A stretch of 64,000 nt of DNA, from NCBI GenBank assembly GCA_965222605.1, contig OZ244960.1:128001-192000 (forward strand), given 5' to 3'. A model generated the notes under the pieces. That model did not search any database. It saw nothing but the letters and a program-made list of their open reading frames with translations, and was not told where the DNA came from. A program made the translations under genes and the position numbers. This DNA is from Candidatus Latescibacterota bacterium. GTDB lineage: Bacteria > Latescibacterota > UBA2968. The first letter of the stretch is position 1; each line of letters begins with the position of its first letter. This document shows positions 48,001 to 58,128 of the stretch, one piece after another.

Positions 48001-48357
48001 GGTACGGTTGAACGGCAAATGATCGCGCTCCCGCTCGAGGCCATTCGTCAGACTCTGTAACCCTGCCTCAATGCGCCGGCGCTCGAAACTCGCAAGCGTT
48101 TCATCGAGACGTTTGCGGTTTTTCGGTGCTCCTGCAGCTAAATCTGCCCCCAGCAACAGGCGCACTTCCGGAACCTGAGACAGATGATCGGCGATGTGGG
48201 CAAATCCCGTCGGGCTGAAGAACGCGGTGGCAATCCGCACTTGATCGGGACTCTCACTTGGCTCCCCTGCCTGTAGTTCGGGCACACCCAGCACTGCACC
48301 CAACGCCCGCGCAAGTGTATTGCCGTTGCGATTATCGATAAAAGAGGGACGGTTCAT
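45007..48357 (-). CDS. PLD nuclease + SNF2-family helicase
   Basis: IATAFF, HAKAY...GSSNLT..GL..NLELN (PLD); ADEVGLGKT, DEAH, LTATP.NN, TDVLAEGVNLQ, QR.GRIDR. Start MNRPSFIDN next to the methylase stop. Confidence 0.9.
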   Translation of the reverse strand: MNRPSFIDNRNGNTLARALGAVLGVPELQAGEPSESPDQVRIATAFFSPTGFAHIADHLSQVPEVRLLLGADLAAGAPKNRKRLDETLASFERRRIEAGLQSLTNGLERERDHLPFNRTNGAALAKLIAALRAGNMEVRRYEKAFLHAKAYIFTSLDVIHRKPQGIIVGSSNLTGAGLTHNLELNLGRFDGPIIQEARQWFDDLWEESAPYDLAELFEVVFEPRSPWDIFIRVLWQLYGDEVEEDALVDDKLPLTSFQKHGVARALRLIRDTGGVIVADEVGLGKTFIAGEILQIYQERRQRALLICPAALRDSTWRKFLSNYWLSVECLSFEQLANDIQLRDKQRPNADQEHLKRELDEYQLVIVDEAHNYRNPDAPTRAAALRRLLFGQRRDLLLLTATPVNNSLWDLYHLLRFFLRQDAHLADRGILSIRERFEEAMREDPSSLSPDVLYPIIDATTVKRTRQFVKKHYAGDTIPGPDGRPQPIVFPKPQAISLRYELEDRLPGFFDRLEEALDSDGDNAITFARYTPATYLQNVGEDEEDAHASAMLGLLRSGLLKRFESSAFAFYKTVDKMAREHDVFLEALDSGYIVTTAFMKEVSADDETVFEDLLDETEHRMDASFYDADQLRAVVVHDRDLLRSLADEVRLITPERDAKLKALSDALAEIAEQAEYEATDATDESQKRKVLVFSFFEDTVEWIRDFLELEVTRRPELAPYRNRMVVVSGSGDLEEVSRQRAVQGFAPVSMEAPVGQDDDLYDLMIATDVLAEGVNLQQCRHIINFDMPWNPMRLVQRHGRIDRIGSPHDRVFLRTIFPVDRLDELLSLEQRILGKLAQAAASIGVAAPIEGAAHGAQVFTEAREEIEKLMKEDASLYERGGTAGAAQTGEEYRQTLRKALEENEKRISRLPWKIGSGMIKGTRRGVFFCAVVGSDTDFERTYLRFVPADDNWQPEADNDAIERELGTCLRFIECEEHTLLWYPEGLRESVYDFWEVARDDIWIAWTRETDPANLQPQVRPLNHRVAEFIRGNPPLDMSDDRVHRALEILESPWPRREEIMLRGWFESDEYQGTALAGFLIEQILETGLEPIESPPPLPPIDQDEIELLCWMGIEPEG

Positions 48358-48358
48358 A

Positions 48359-51300
48359 TCACTCTCTTCCCCTCCTGGCGTGGAAGTGCCGCAGCACGCC
48401 ATCAAGCCGCACCTGGTAGTCCCAGCCCTCGTGAAAGGTCTCGTATATATGGACAAGCTGCGACTCACTGAGCCCGTAAAGGCGGGCAACCACGGCATCC
48501 AACTCGTGAATCATATCCTCCTTCTCATCATCCATAAGGGATCCATACTCTACACCGACTGCATCTGCCCAGGTGGAAAAACGATCGTCAGGGCATGCGA
48601 GACGCCCCGCGAGTTGTACGACACGCTGCCATAGCACACTGTCGCGGTCAGGGCGTGGGATTGGAAAAGGGTTAAAGACGAAAAAATTGACATGTGTCTC
48701 CACGAACCGTCTTGCGTACCAATCGAGAGGGATGGACGATAAAGTACCGAGCAAGAATGCCTGATCCTTCTCATCGCCGCGCGGCCAAAGCAGATACGGT
48801 GCCTGATTGGCAATGAACACCTCGGGTGGTACGAGCGCAATTCGTACTGTCCGCGAATCTGTAGCTCTTGAGACATCTCGAAAGGCTATCCTCGGCGCGA
48901 AGCACGGTAGGGTCTTTGTATCTCGCAAATGATGGGGCGAGAATTCCCCATGAGCACTGCGTGTGCTATTACCACCTCTCAATCGCTTACGTTGAATCCT
49001 CTGGCACACCGGTCCCGGATCGGCCCAGGCATAATAGGTGTCGGTATCGGGAGTCCACAGATCGAAGGACTCTCCTTTGTAAACCGGCCAAAAACCGTCG
49101 GGACATTCTTTGCTCTCAACATCCATAAGATGCTTGTCATTAGTGGCGTCGAGTTCCCGATCTGGCCGCGCTCGCCATTGACCTGCTACGTTTAAATCGA
49201 AACGAGGTGCCTTCCGGAGTTGTGCAAATACATCAACCGATTCTTCCGTTGGTAGCAATGGTAGCGAGGCACTGTCGTTCCAGTCGAGCACATCACGGTT
49301 GTAGAACGCAGCCGGTTCCTTTACAACGCCTCCAAAGAACTTAGCCTCCGTCGCGTAAGGACCTTGTAAATAGATTGATTCTTTTTGGGGTGCACCGTGT
49401 TTTACACATACAAGTCCAATCGAGTATTGCGGATGCACCTCTGGAAATACCCAGTTCCGATTGTTCACCAACATTGTCACATCCACCCACGCGGTCTTGT
49501 CGAACATCGTTTGCCGGAATTTCTCCGAGCCTTTAGCGGCGAGCGCGCTACGCGGCAACACAACACCGATGTGTCCTCCATCTGCCGCGGTCAAATGCCA
49601 GAATCGCCAGCAGAATGCCTTGTAGAGATCGGGATCCCCTGTTCCCATACCAGGAAAGGCTCCGCCCACCAGAACCTTGCGTATCCGCTCGGTCTCCTTC
49701 AACTCATCCTCGTAAAGCACGAGAAGATCGGACCGCTCTTCTCGCAGCCGAATTTTTTCCGCTTCCATCAGACGTTGCGAAAGAGAGCGCAGACCTGGAA
49801 AATGGCGTGCCCAAAAAGCGTGTTCCTCTATGGTCGCCTCTTGCCATGGTGGATTACCGAGAATCACATCAAAACCTGGCCGCTTGCGAAGGAAAACTTC
49901 CGGAAAGGCTACTGGAAAGTGAAGGACATCGAGGTCATCCAGATCTTGCCTTGCGATCTGTACCGCCTCCAATGCATCTGCATCATTCCCAAGATTCTCC
50001 CAGTTTTCGAAGGGAAAAAGGACCACCTTCGGGTCTTCGGAAATGGGCTGTGCTGCTATCAGATCGCAAAGTGCTTCTGTGCTGCGGATCGCCTCGCGGG
50101 CTTCTTCCAATGCCTCTCGAGCATCTGCGATGTCCTGCAAAGACGCATCGTTGATATTGGCAAGCCGCCTCAGCAGTCCCGCTGCCCTGCCCAGTAAGCT
50201 CTGTGCATCAACTGGAAACATTGGCAAAGAGAGTGCCTCGAATTTTTCCCTGATCTCGTCGAGAGTGCCGACACCGACCAGTGCATTGCCATGCACCAGA
50301 TTGTGATCCAGAAATGAGAGTGGTAGCCCGGGTACAAAGGTATGGATCCAGACTGCCAAACGCGCGAGCTGCACCGCAAGACCGTTGAGATCAACGCCGT
50401 AAATACAGCGCCGGGCAATCATGCGCCGCAACAACTGGCCGTCCTCTATTGTCGTGCTTTTATCAAGCTCCCCTAATTCGCCAAGGGCAACCGTGCGAAG
50501 CTTCTCAAGCTCCCTGCGAACGCCCGGCAGATTCCGCCCTGCGAGAAAATCTGCCAGGCGCTTCTCGATCCGATCAATGGCCCCAATCAGAAAGTGGCCC
50601 GAACCCATCGCAATATCGGCTACCCGGAAATCGAAGAATGCCTCGGCTGCATCCGTATCATCCAGGCTGTTAAGGCGGGCAAAATGATCAGTCAATGCTG
50701 GTTCCAGTGCACCGTTCAGTAAATGTTCGACAGCAAACGGCTTGGTGTAGTAGCTTCCCGACGACTTGCGCGCGCCGGATCGGTTGTGCAGATAGACCTC
50801 GCCCGTCAATACGTCTGGTGTCTCCCCCTCGCGTGCTGGGACGTAAATGGACTCTGTTTGCTGCTTTTTCTTTTGCTCTTTGAGGACAAGTTTGGTTTCC
50901 GCAACTGCCAGCTCGGATTCCAATAAGCCTTCATAGATCGTCCCGAACTCGCGCACGCCCAGTGAACGAAAATCAACCGGCCCGGGCACGCCTTCCGGGG
51001 TCTCGATAACCAAGAGGTGGCGAAGTGCTGTCTCAAAGCTCTCGTTTGGCAGCGTGATGGCGGCCAATTCTGCGCCTGTTTTCGAAACCTCTTCTTCGCT
51101 TGCGAATAGTCCACCGTCGTAGGCGGGTACGCTCCATTCGGTATTGCCCTCAGCCACAGCCTGCCAAAGCAAAGCGGTCTCTTGCCAATGGGAATCTCCT
51201 GTAGCAATCGGTTTGTCCTTGGCAACGAAGTCTGCCAGTTCTTGTGCTTTCTGTTTGAGTGATCGGCTCCGGTAAGCGTCGTTAAAACGATATGGCAGAA

Positions 51301-52408
51301 GATCGCGGTCTTCCGCGTAGGCGATAAACAAAAGCCGAAACAAAACAGTCAGTGCCATTTCGTAGGTAAGACTAATATCTTCCGGACTCGGTTTATCAAT
51401 GCCACGGGCTGCGGCAATACCCTGTGCAAGTTTAGGCACCACGTAGTTGTAAATGCGTTCGCGCAAACGCTCGGCGAGCTTGCCTGCGAAGCGCTGTGAT
51501 GCCTCCAATATCTCGTCCAAGCTACCTTTCGGTGTCAGGGCCTCGGCTGAATAGATCAGCCAGAGATACGGCAGATGCCCATCTGCCAGCAATGAAGGCT
51601 GGCATTCGACGTATGTCTCGGTACGACCGCGGCGGCCAACGCCTGCATCGACATTGGTCGCGTAGAGCCGAAGCCGGTTTCCTTGCGTCAGAACTACCCA
51701 GGGAAGGTTTTCGTCGTCTGCCTTTTTCAGCGCATAGCTGATCGGCGACAAACTATTGAACCGAGCAGATCCTGCCTCTGCCGACTCACTTTCTCGCAAC
51801 ATAACTGCAAGTGCAGTACGTTGGTCTCCGCTACGCAAAAGACTGGTCAGATTATCCAGAGGCTCAACTCGAAAACCCAGCGCGTCCAACAGGTCGCGAT
51901 CACGCTTGTTTAACGCAGCGTGCGCCTTGCGTTTGGCATCGGCCCAGTCCGGACGTTTCGGTACGCCATGCTCTAATTCGTGGAGGGCGAGCAAGCCTTC
52001 GTTGGTTAGACCTGGTAGGGCTGTTTCCAGGGATGGCAGAGCCTGAGACAACAAACGAAGTGCAGCGTGTCGGTCGGGTTGGCCGAGTGCCTCGCGGCAC
52101 AGGCGTTCGACCTGTCCCACATCCATATCTTTATAGACTGGCGGTATTTCGCCTGTTGCTCCGGTGATCAATGCACCACCCGGGTGTAGAACGATCAGGA
52201 GTAACGGTGCCGCGCGCCGTCCTTTACGGGCTTTCCATGTCATTGTCAAAGTCGCTGGGGAAGGCTGGTTGGCTGCTCGTGCTACGGCAACCTCAAGTCC
52301 ATTCGTACCTTGACCGATAAACAGGCCCACTGACTGTAGGCCAGACTTTCCATCCGGCGACCACGGTCGAGATAAAATATCTGAAAGAAACTCTACTTCG
52401 TCCGACAT
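48359..52408 (-). CDS. Large N6-adenine DNA methyltransferase (Eco57I/type IIG- or DrmMI-like)
   Basis: RKSSGSYYT, D.AMGSGHFL, YGVD.N, GFDVILGNPPW, DLYKAF, C-terminal target recognition domain. Confidence 0.9.
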   Translation of the reverse strand: MSDEVEFLSDILSRPWSPDGKSGLQSVGLFIGQGTNGLEVAVARAANQPSPATLTMTWKARKGRRAAPLLLIVLHPGGALITGATGEIPPVYKDMDVGQVERLCREALGQPDRHAALRLLSQALPSLETALPGLTNEGLLALHELEHGVPKRPDWADAKRKAHAALNKRDRDLLDALGFRVEPLDNLTSLLRSGDQRTALAVMLRESESAEAGSARFNSLSPISYALKKADDENLPWVVLTQGNRLRLYATNVDAGVGRRGRTETYVECQPSLLADGHLPYLWLIYSAEALTPKGSLDEILEASQRFAGKLAERLRERIYNYVVPKLAQGIAAARGIDKPSPEDISLTYEMALTVLFRLLFIAYAEDRDLLPYRFNDAYRSRSLKQKAQELADFVAKDKPIATGDSHWQETALLWQAVAEGNTEWSVPAYDGGLFASEEEVSKTGAELAAITLPNESFETALRHLLVIETPEGVPGPVDFRSLGVREFGTIYEGLLESELAVAETKLVLKEQKKKQQTESIYVPAREGETPDVLTGEVYLHNRSGARKSSGSYYTKPFAVEHLLNGALEPALTDHFARLNSLDDTDAAEAFFDFRVADIAMGSGHFLIGAIDRIEKRLADFLAGRNLPGVRRELEKLRTVALGELGELDKSTTIEDGQLLRRMIARRCIYGVDLNGLAVQLARLAVWIHTFVPGLPLSFLDHNLVHGNALVGVGTLDEIREKFEALSLPMFPVDAQSLLGRAAGLLRRLANINDASLQDIADAREALEEAREAIRSTEALCDLIAAQPISEDPKVVLFPFENWENLGNDADALEAVQIARQDLDDLDVLHFPVAFPEVFLRKRPGFDVILGNPPWQEATIEEHAFWARHFPGLRSLSQRLMEAEKIRLREERSDLLVLYEDELKETERIRKVLVGGAFPGMGTGDPDLYKAFCWRFWHLTAADGGHIGVVLPRSALAAKGSEKFRQTMFDKTAWVDVTMLVNNRNWVFPEVHPQYSIGLVCVKHGAPQKESIYLQGPYATEAKFFGGVVKEPAAFYNRDVLDWNDSASLPLLPTEESVDVFAQLRKAPRFDLNVAGQWRARPDRELDATNDKHLMDVESKECPDGFWPVYKGESFDLWTPDTDTYYAWADPGPVCQRIQRKRLRGGNSTRSAHGEFSPHHLRDTKTLPCFAPRIAFRDVSRATDSRTVRIALVPPEVFIANQAPYLLWPRGDEKDQAFLLGTLSSIPLDWYARRFVETHVNFFVFNPFPIPRPDRDSVLWQRVVQLAGRLACPDDRFSTWADAVGVEYGSLMDDEKEDMIHELDAVVARLYGLSESQLVHIYETFHEGWDYQVRLDGVLRHFHARRGRE

Positions 52409-52423
52409 ATTACTCCTCTTTTG

Positions 52424-53906
52424 TTATGCCCCTGCATATACAAACTCTTTGTTTTCGAAAATCCTTTTCTCGTCATTCCATACCAAAGGCAATTCATCTG
52501 TACAGGCTCGAGAAAGAAAAATCTCGAGATCTTGGCTTTTATCCAAAGAGTCACTTAGATTATTAGGCTTGCCATTGTGGCCATAGACAATGCAGATTTC
52601 ACGGTTCGCCAAAATACTACGGATTCTCTTTTTTAAGCACGCCATTGTCATAGGATGGAGGGAAAGCCCCAAACTTAAAAAGAAAGATTCGTAATATGTC
52701 GTAGAATGGAAATCATCGATTTTACTATGAAAAACCATAGACTGATAATACCAGTCCCGAAACTCTCTATCAGAAATCATTGAATCCTTCGTCAACCTAT
52801 CTCGCACAGTTTTAAGACTCTGGCGGATATCGACCAACAACGGCTTATAATCTTCACACTGGGGTAAAGAAAGCCTGTGAGTTACGTGTTCAATTTTATC
52901 AATAATTTTACATATTTTCTCACGCTCATCAGCACTGCGTTCTCTGTTTTTTTCGTAGTCTAAATCATCATTAATATCGTCTCCAACATCGCCTTTATCA
53001 TTACATATCAACTCACCTTTTCTATCTCTCTCCATTCCATCTAATAAAAATTCTCCCAAAAGTTCAAGGTATGCAACGAGCATCCGCCAGTCATTATCAT
53101 AGCGGGCAAGGTGGGAAAAAGCGTTTAGATAATTTCCATACCTGCCGCCCCAAGCACACATGTCTTTACGTATCCTTTGATCCAGTTTTTCGGCTTTCTG
53201 ATCATTAGCATCATAGCCCCAGAATGATCGGGTGATACCGGATATTTTATTCCATAGCCTGTCCTCTATTTTCGGTCTAACTTGGCCGGGGCCCACTGTC
53301 TCCCGCATCAGAATATCAATAGCAGCAGAGACTATCTCAATCATAGCATATACACTTACTTTTCCTTTGACCCCCTCACTCCCTTCGTTAGGGATATACC
53401 TCCATGAGGTGTAGTCCGATCCCATTTGTTCCAGGAACTCATCTACACTATCCACAGGTGTTTCGGTGTTTTTATTCTTTCCATCAATCTGTTTATATTT
53501 CCATTTATATTTTATGTGGAGATCGAACTCGTAATCTCCCATAGCTTCGCCTATCGTGCTCGGAGATTTGTCAGGAATGGCGATGTAGTTGTGAAGGGAT
53601 TGAAATTCTTTATACCTCTCCCGTATAAAATCCTTGTCACCTGATTTCAGTAAGCAAAAAAGATATGACAGATTATGCTGATATTGGGGCGGAATATCGG
53701 CACTATTTCCCCTGAGATCTTTAAGCACTTTAAAACTTTGCTCTATTATAAGGGTACAAGCAAGTTACTGGCATCCAGGCATTTAAATTTTCATACTCTG
53801 CATACATATTCTGGCGCAGCGGATTTTTGCCCAGGTAGTCGCGTACTATATCTAAACACTGGTCAAGATTGCGTGCAGCACGTAGGGGGGCGATAATTTT
53901 TTTCAT
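52424..53906 (-). pseudogene. Low-GC HEPN-domain protein with a +1 frameshift
   Basis: ATG 53906 (MKKIIAPL...VTCLY) joins LIIEQSFKVL...HNLSYLF...SWRY if one G of GGG at 53752-53754 is removed; E..FK, H.L..LF and RY are HEPN-like motifs. Confidence 0.65.
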
Positions 53907-54090
53907 TTTATCCTATCTTCTATTACAAAAAAAGCGGGAGAAACCTGAACCTTGTGCTTCCCTCGCGTATGGTGTCACTTGCATTTCAAATCAAGGCTGG
54001 GACGATTTCCAAAAGAGATATTGTCAAATGCCGTGAATGGAATTGGCACATCCTCTGAGAAGCTGGTTCTGGGATCAAGGTGATTTACCC

Positions 54091-54333
54091 AACTCCTTCC
54101 ACAGCCGCACGGTGAACCGGTTTTCTTCCTCGACAAAGTCAGGCTCGGTGTTATTGTGGGCACGCATACCCGGAATAATTTTGTTCCGTACGCCCATGCC
54201 TCGAGCGTCAACATAACCGTAGTCGCGCATGATATTGACCAATGTCTGATTGCGAGCGTATCGCATGCCGGACTTCATCCCGTCTATTGTCACAGTATTG
54301 GGCAATCTGCCGGGACTCTGAATCTCAAGGCGG
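54091..54333 (-). repeat. 243-bp duplicate of the 3' end of the AlbA/HATPase gene (56667-56909)
   Basis: RLEIQSPGRLPNTV...RFTVRLWKEL nearly identical in both copies. Confidence 0.92.
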
Positions 54334-54449
54334 GTTGTGGCATTACTATTTCCTATCTTTTCAATGACTGGTGGTTTTGGCAATCGAATAACAACAGCAG
54401 AGCGCAGGGCTCGAGTATAGTCGAGTAAACTCTTTTTGACTTACAATCG

Positions 54450-55841
54450 TTAGTCGCTGGCTTCCAGGCGCGGTGTTCGCTGAAGTTCGGGGGCAGCGAG
54501 CGTTTCGGGATGTACAGCGAGTTCATCGATTTGAGGAATGTCTTTGCCCTTGGTGATACCGCGGTCTTCAAGTTTACGGGTATGTGGAAATACAGTGCGG
54601 TTGAGGGAACGAATGCTTTTGTTGTGGGCATCAACAGCCTTATCGAGATTCACACCAACCCTATTGACATGTTCAAGATAGATGCGAAAACGGTCATAGA
54701 GTTCGGCGGCAGTATCAGAAATGTTGCGTGCATCGGTTTGGAGGCGTTGTTCACGCCAGGCGAGGGCGACCGTGCGAAGAAAGGCAATCAGATTCAATGG
54801 CGTAGCCATAAGGACTTTATGCTGTTGCCATGCTTCCTCCCACAATGCAGGTCGTGTATTGAGGGCAGCGTCCAAAATACCGTCGGCACCGATGAACATG
54901 ACAACGAAATCGGGTGAGCCTTCAACCCAATGGGAGTAGTCACGGCGTTTGAGTTCGCGAGCATGTCCCATGAGTGCGCTGGCATGGCGATCGAGCAACT
55001 TCCGCTGAGTATCGGGATCTGTTGTGTTGCGTGCTTCAAAGTAGGATTCGAAAGGGGTTTTGGAATCAACCACCACCCGTACACCGCCAGGGATGTTGAC
55101 GATTAGATCTGGGCGGATGTCGCTTGCTTCGTCAAGCGTAGTGGTAGTTTCCTGAGTAACGAAGCTGACGTGTTCGGTCATGCCTGCAAACTCAATAATG
55201 TTGCGTAGTTCCTGCTCACCCCAGTAACCGCGGACATTGGAGGAGCGCAGTGCCTCGCGCAGGTTACCCGTTTCACTACTAAGCTGGCCTATTTGCTGTT
55301 GAATGTTCGTGATGCTTTCATGAACCTGGGCGTACGCGCCTTCGCGGGCTTTTTCGATCTCACCGACGCGCTGCTGCAATTTCTCAAGCGATTCGCCAAC
55401 GGGCTTGACGAGGCTGTCAACTGCCACTTGACGTTTTTCAAGGTCGGTGACGGCGAGTTCTCGTTGCTGCAGGAAGTTCTCCTGGGCCTGTTTGCGAAAC
55501 TCCTCGCTGTTGGACTTGAAGATATCTGCGGCCAGTCCCTTGAAGCGTTCATCAAGTTCTTGTAACCGTTGTTCGTGATTTTTCCGTTCGGTATCTCGTT
55601 CAGCAACTGCTGCTTTGAATTGTGCTTCGCTCTCACTCAGTTTCGCTTGGAGGCCGTCGCGCTGGGCCTCAATGCGCGTGCGTTCTCCGACCTCGCTATC
55701 AACGGAGTTAGCGTGTACGTCGCGTTCAGCCTCAGCTCGTGCAAGTGCTTCACGGGCGTTAGTCACTTGGGTTTTGGCGCGAGACCATGCGATCAATGCG
55801 CCAAGGGCGAGTAACGCGAGGATAATTAAGGTTATTTCCAT
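54450..55841 (-). CDS. rmuC: DNA recombination protein RmuC
   Basis: N-terminal TM, coiled coil, RG.WGE..L, RPD.I...PG, VDSK.P, SPDFVVMF, ATP. Confidence 0.9.
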   Translation of the reverse strand: MEITLIILALLALGALIAWSRAKTQVTNAREALARAEAERDVHANSVDSEVGERTRIEAQRDGLQAKLSESEAQFKAAVAERDTERKNHEQRLQELDERFKGLAADIFKSNSEEFRKQAQENFLQQRELAVTDLEKRQVAVDSLVKPVGESLEKLQQRVGEIEKAREGAYAQVHESITNIQQQIGQLSSETGNLREALRSSNVRGYWGEQELRNIIEFAGMTEHVSFVTQETTTTLDEASDIRPDLIVNIPGGVRVVVDSKTPFESYFEARNTTDPDTQRKLLDRHASALMGHARELKRRDYSHWVEGSPDFVVMFIGADGILDAALNTRPALWEEAWQQHKVLMATPLNLIAFLRTVALAWREQRLQTDARNISDTAAELYDRFRIYLEHVNRVGVNLDKAVDAHNKSIRSLNRTVFPHTRKLEDRGITKGKDIPQIDELAVHPETLAAPELQRTPRLEASD

Positions 55842-55882
55842 TGTGATTCCTTTTATTTAACTGCGGCGGTGTGGAACGGGAA

Positions 55883-56258
55883 TCATATCTGCTCCTCAGC
55901 CCATTGGACGACGGCTTCGGCAATCACTATCGCTTCCCGATACTCGGCTTCGGAAACGGGCCTGATTTCGCCAGGATAGCGCGTGATGGTGGCGTATTTG
56001 GTCAATAGACTGGCTCGACTGATCGTCGCTGGTATGGACTCTCCCCCTTCTTTGAGCAGTGATAACAGGCGGGCCAAGTCATGCACGTAAGGAAACTCGA
56101 TATTGCACGCGATCATCACGCCCTTGATAGCCTTTTCGGCTGCCTGCTGTGCGTTGAAGCATAAATTTTCGAGATAGACGCCGGGCACCTGGCTCTTTGC
56201 TTGAGTTAGGTCGCTTCGGGCGCGGATCATCAGGCGGAAAGCGTTCAGGGAGATTCAT
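55883..56258 (-). pseudogene. HEPN protein of HEPN/MNT pair 2, with a frameshifting deletion near the start
   Basis: MNLPERFPPDDPR (ATG 56258) is out of frame with RARSDL...; compared with the paralog at 7614-8006, about 17 nt (EWLN) are missing at a CGCG microhomology. An internal ATG at 56230 could restart translation. Confidence 0.7.
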
Positions 56259-56559
56259 AGACCACCTTTCCTTCCTGCAGCGCTGGCTTGATGATCAGCG
56301 CGTGACTGTTCTTGTAGCGCTCGACGGCTTGGGGCGTGACCACGAAGGCATCAACGGCCGCACCTACTCCGTGCAGATTCTGGTAAATCTGTCCCATGAG
56401 ATCAAGTGGATCCACACCCTCCTTGACGATGAGCAGATCAACATCGCTATGGCGGTTCATGTCGCCTCGGGCGGCAGACCCAAAAAGGATAATCCGCTCG
56501 GGATCAGCCACTTCCACAATTCGACTGATGATGTTGTCCAAAATCGTTTGATCTAGCAT
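56245..56559 (-). CDS. MNT nucleotidyltransferase antitoxin (pair 2)
   Basis: IILFGSAARG..NRHSDVDLLIV; paralog of 7993-8316. Confidence 0.9.
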   Translation of the reverse strand: MLDQTILDNIISRIVEVADPERIILFGSAARGDMNRHSDVDLLIVKEGVDPLDLMGQIYQNLHGVGAAVDAFVVTPQAVERYKNSHALIIKPALQEGKVVYESP

Positions 56560-56626
56560 CGCGCTGTCCTTTGTAAAAAATCAAATCTTTTGCTCCGAAA
56601 CTTCAGAATATGTCTTCAAATCCTAG

Positions 56627-57883
56627 TTACCGTCCGTCAAAGTGACTGATACCTGGCGTGTCCTCTAACTCCTTCCAAAGCCGCACGGTGAACCGGTTTT
56701 CTTCCTCGATAAAGTCAGGCTCGGTGTTATTGTGAGCACGCATACCTAAAATAATTTTGTTCCGCACGCCCATGCCTCGAGCGTCAACGTAGCCGTAGTC
56801 GCGCATGATATTGACCAGCGTCTGATTGCGCGCGTAGCGCATGCCCGACTTCATCCCGTCTATTGTCACAGTATTGGGCAATCTGCCAGGACTCTGAATC
56901 TCAAGGCGGTCAGAATAGATAGCCAACATGATGTCCGTGCCCGAAATGCTGTAATCGCGGTGAACGAGCGCGTTCACCACGGCTTCTCGAATCACAATTT
57001 CCGGATATTCCCAGCGGTCAATCCTCCGACCACCCTCGATACGGGCCGTTGGCGTCGTGTTGCGACGTACAAAGTCCCATGCCTGCTCGACAAGGCCAGC
57101 TTCGACTATACTCTCGTTGGCACCTTTCAGCGGAACCATCGGGCCGCGCAGATCCTCATCGGTGCGGGTTGCGTAATCGGGGTCAGGCCCCGGATAACAG
57201 ATCGCGCGGATCCCCGATTGGGGCACGTACCTGTTCGGATTTTTTCCAAAGAGAAGCAACCCATCAATGGTCGCAACGTGCTGGGCGCCGGACACGGTCA
57301 TCAGTTCAATATTTCGCAACAGCGTTTCCCAACCATCGAAATCTTCTGTTGCTGGGGCTGGCCCGCCGATAACCTGAATCAGGTAATCGCGCAGACGGCG
57401 AAGGTCCAAAGCGTCGAGACTTGCGCCTGGCACGGGCTTCGAACCATATCGCAAGTGGCCCGACTTCTGGTATATCCGCTCGAGCTCCTCTCGGCACTCT
57501 TCTCGGGAGGTTTTACCAATACGGATGTAATAGGTTCTGCGACCGCCGTGGACGCATGCATACGGCTTATCTGGACCACGCGCGATAGAAACAGCGAGAA
57601 CATCCCGGTTTGGCTCGGCATTTTTCACCCACAAGAGAATCGGGACGGTCGGCGGGTTGATCTTGACGCGGCAAAGTTCGCTCACCCACTCCTCAAGACG
57701 CTCCCGGGTCGTACCGGAAATACGCCCATCGTCTTCGACGCCGAGCAGAACAGTACCCCCTTCCAGATTGAGGAAAGCCACCAGTTCCTTAGCCAGAGCG
57801 TGATTCTGGATATCGTCCCGTTTGAACTCCAGGATAGAATTCTCCCCATTGTGGATCAGGTCAATCAACTCGGTGCGGTTCAT
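56627..57883 (-). CDS. AlbA_2 (Schlafen-like) + HATPase_c_4 (RecG C-terminal-like) protein
   Basis: GE....EFK, AFLN.EGG..LLGVEDDG, REAVVNALVHRDY, SPG.LP, RN, G.G. Confidence 0.85.
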   Translation of the reverse strand: MNRTELIDLIHNGENSILEFKRDDIQNHALAKELVAFLNLEGGTVLLGVEDDGRISGTTRERLEEWVSELCRVKINPPTVPILLWVKNAEPNRDVLAVSIARGPDKPYACVHGGRRTYYIRIGKTSREECREELERIYQKSGHLRYGSKPVPGASLDALDLRRLRDYLIQVIGGPAPATEDFDGWETLLRNIELMTVSGAQHVATIDGLLLFGKNPNRYVPQSGIRAICYPGPDPDYATRTDEDLRGPMVPLKGANESIVEAGLVEQAWDFVRRNTTPTARIEGGRRIDRWEYPEIVIREAVVNALVHRDYSISGTDIMLAIYSDRLEIQSPGRLPNTVTIDGMKSGMRYARNQTLVNIMRDYGYVDARGMGVRNKIILGMRAHNNTEPDFIEEENRFTVRLWKELEDTPGISHFDGR

Positions 57884-57976
57884 GCTATCTCCTCTGCTGC
57901 AGCTCAAAGGCATTTATGCCTCCTTCGAGAAGATCCTCCACCATCTCCCCCACAGGTTGCGCGTCGATTGACCCCA

Positions 57977-58105
57977 TCATGATGATAGCACATGGGTTTC
58001 GATAACGATTGATCGATCAGATAGGCCGACGGTCTCGAGTTCTGATGTCAATAGTCCAATGTAGTTTTCTTCGAGCCAATCGGCGACCATCTGATCTGGG
58101 GCGTC
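57977..58105 (-). pseudogene. DnaA N-terminal-domain-like fragment
   Basis: Manual translation DAPDQMVADWLEENYIGLLTSELE...* resembles DnaA_N 'P..F..DWL...Y..LI'. Confidence 0.45.
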
Positions 58106-58128
58106 AATATAGGCGTTGTTGGAGGTAT

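Noticed and set aside
56960-57982. Long antisense or alternate-frame ORFs (also 10397-11251, 49385-50197, 62872-63723)
   Set aside because: Shadows of well-supported genes, with no recognisable motifs or ribosome-binding sites.
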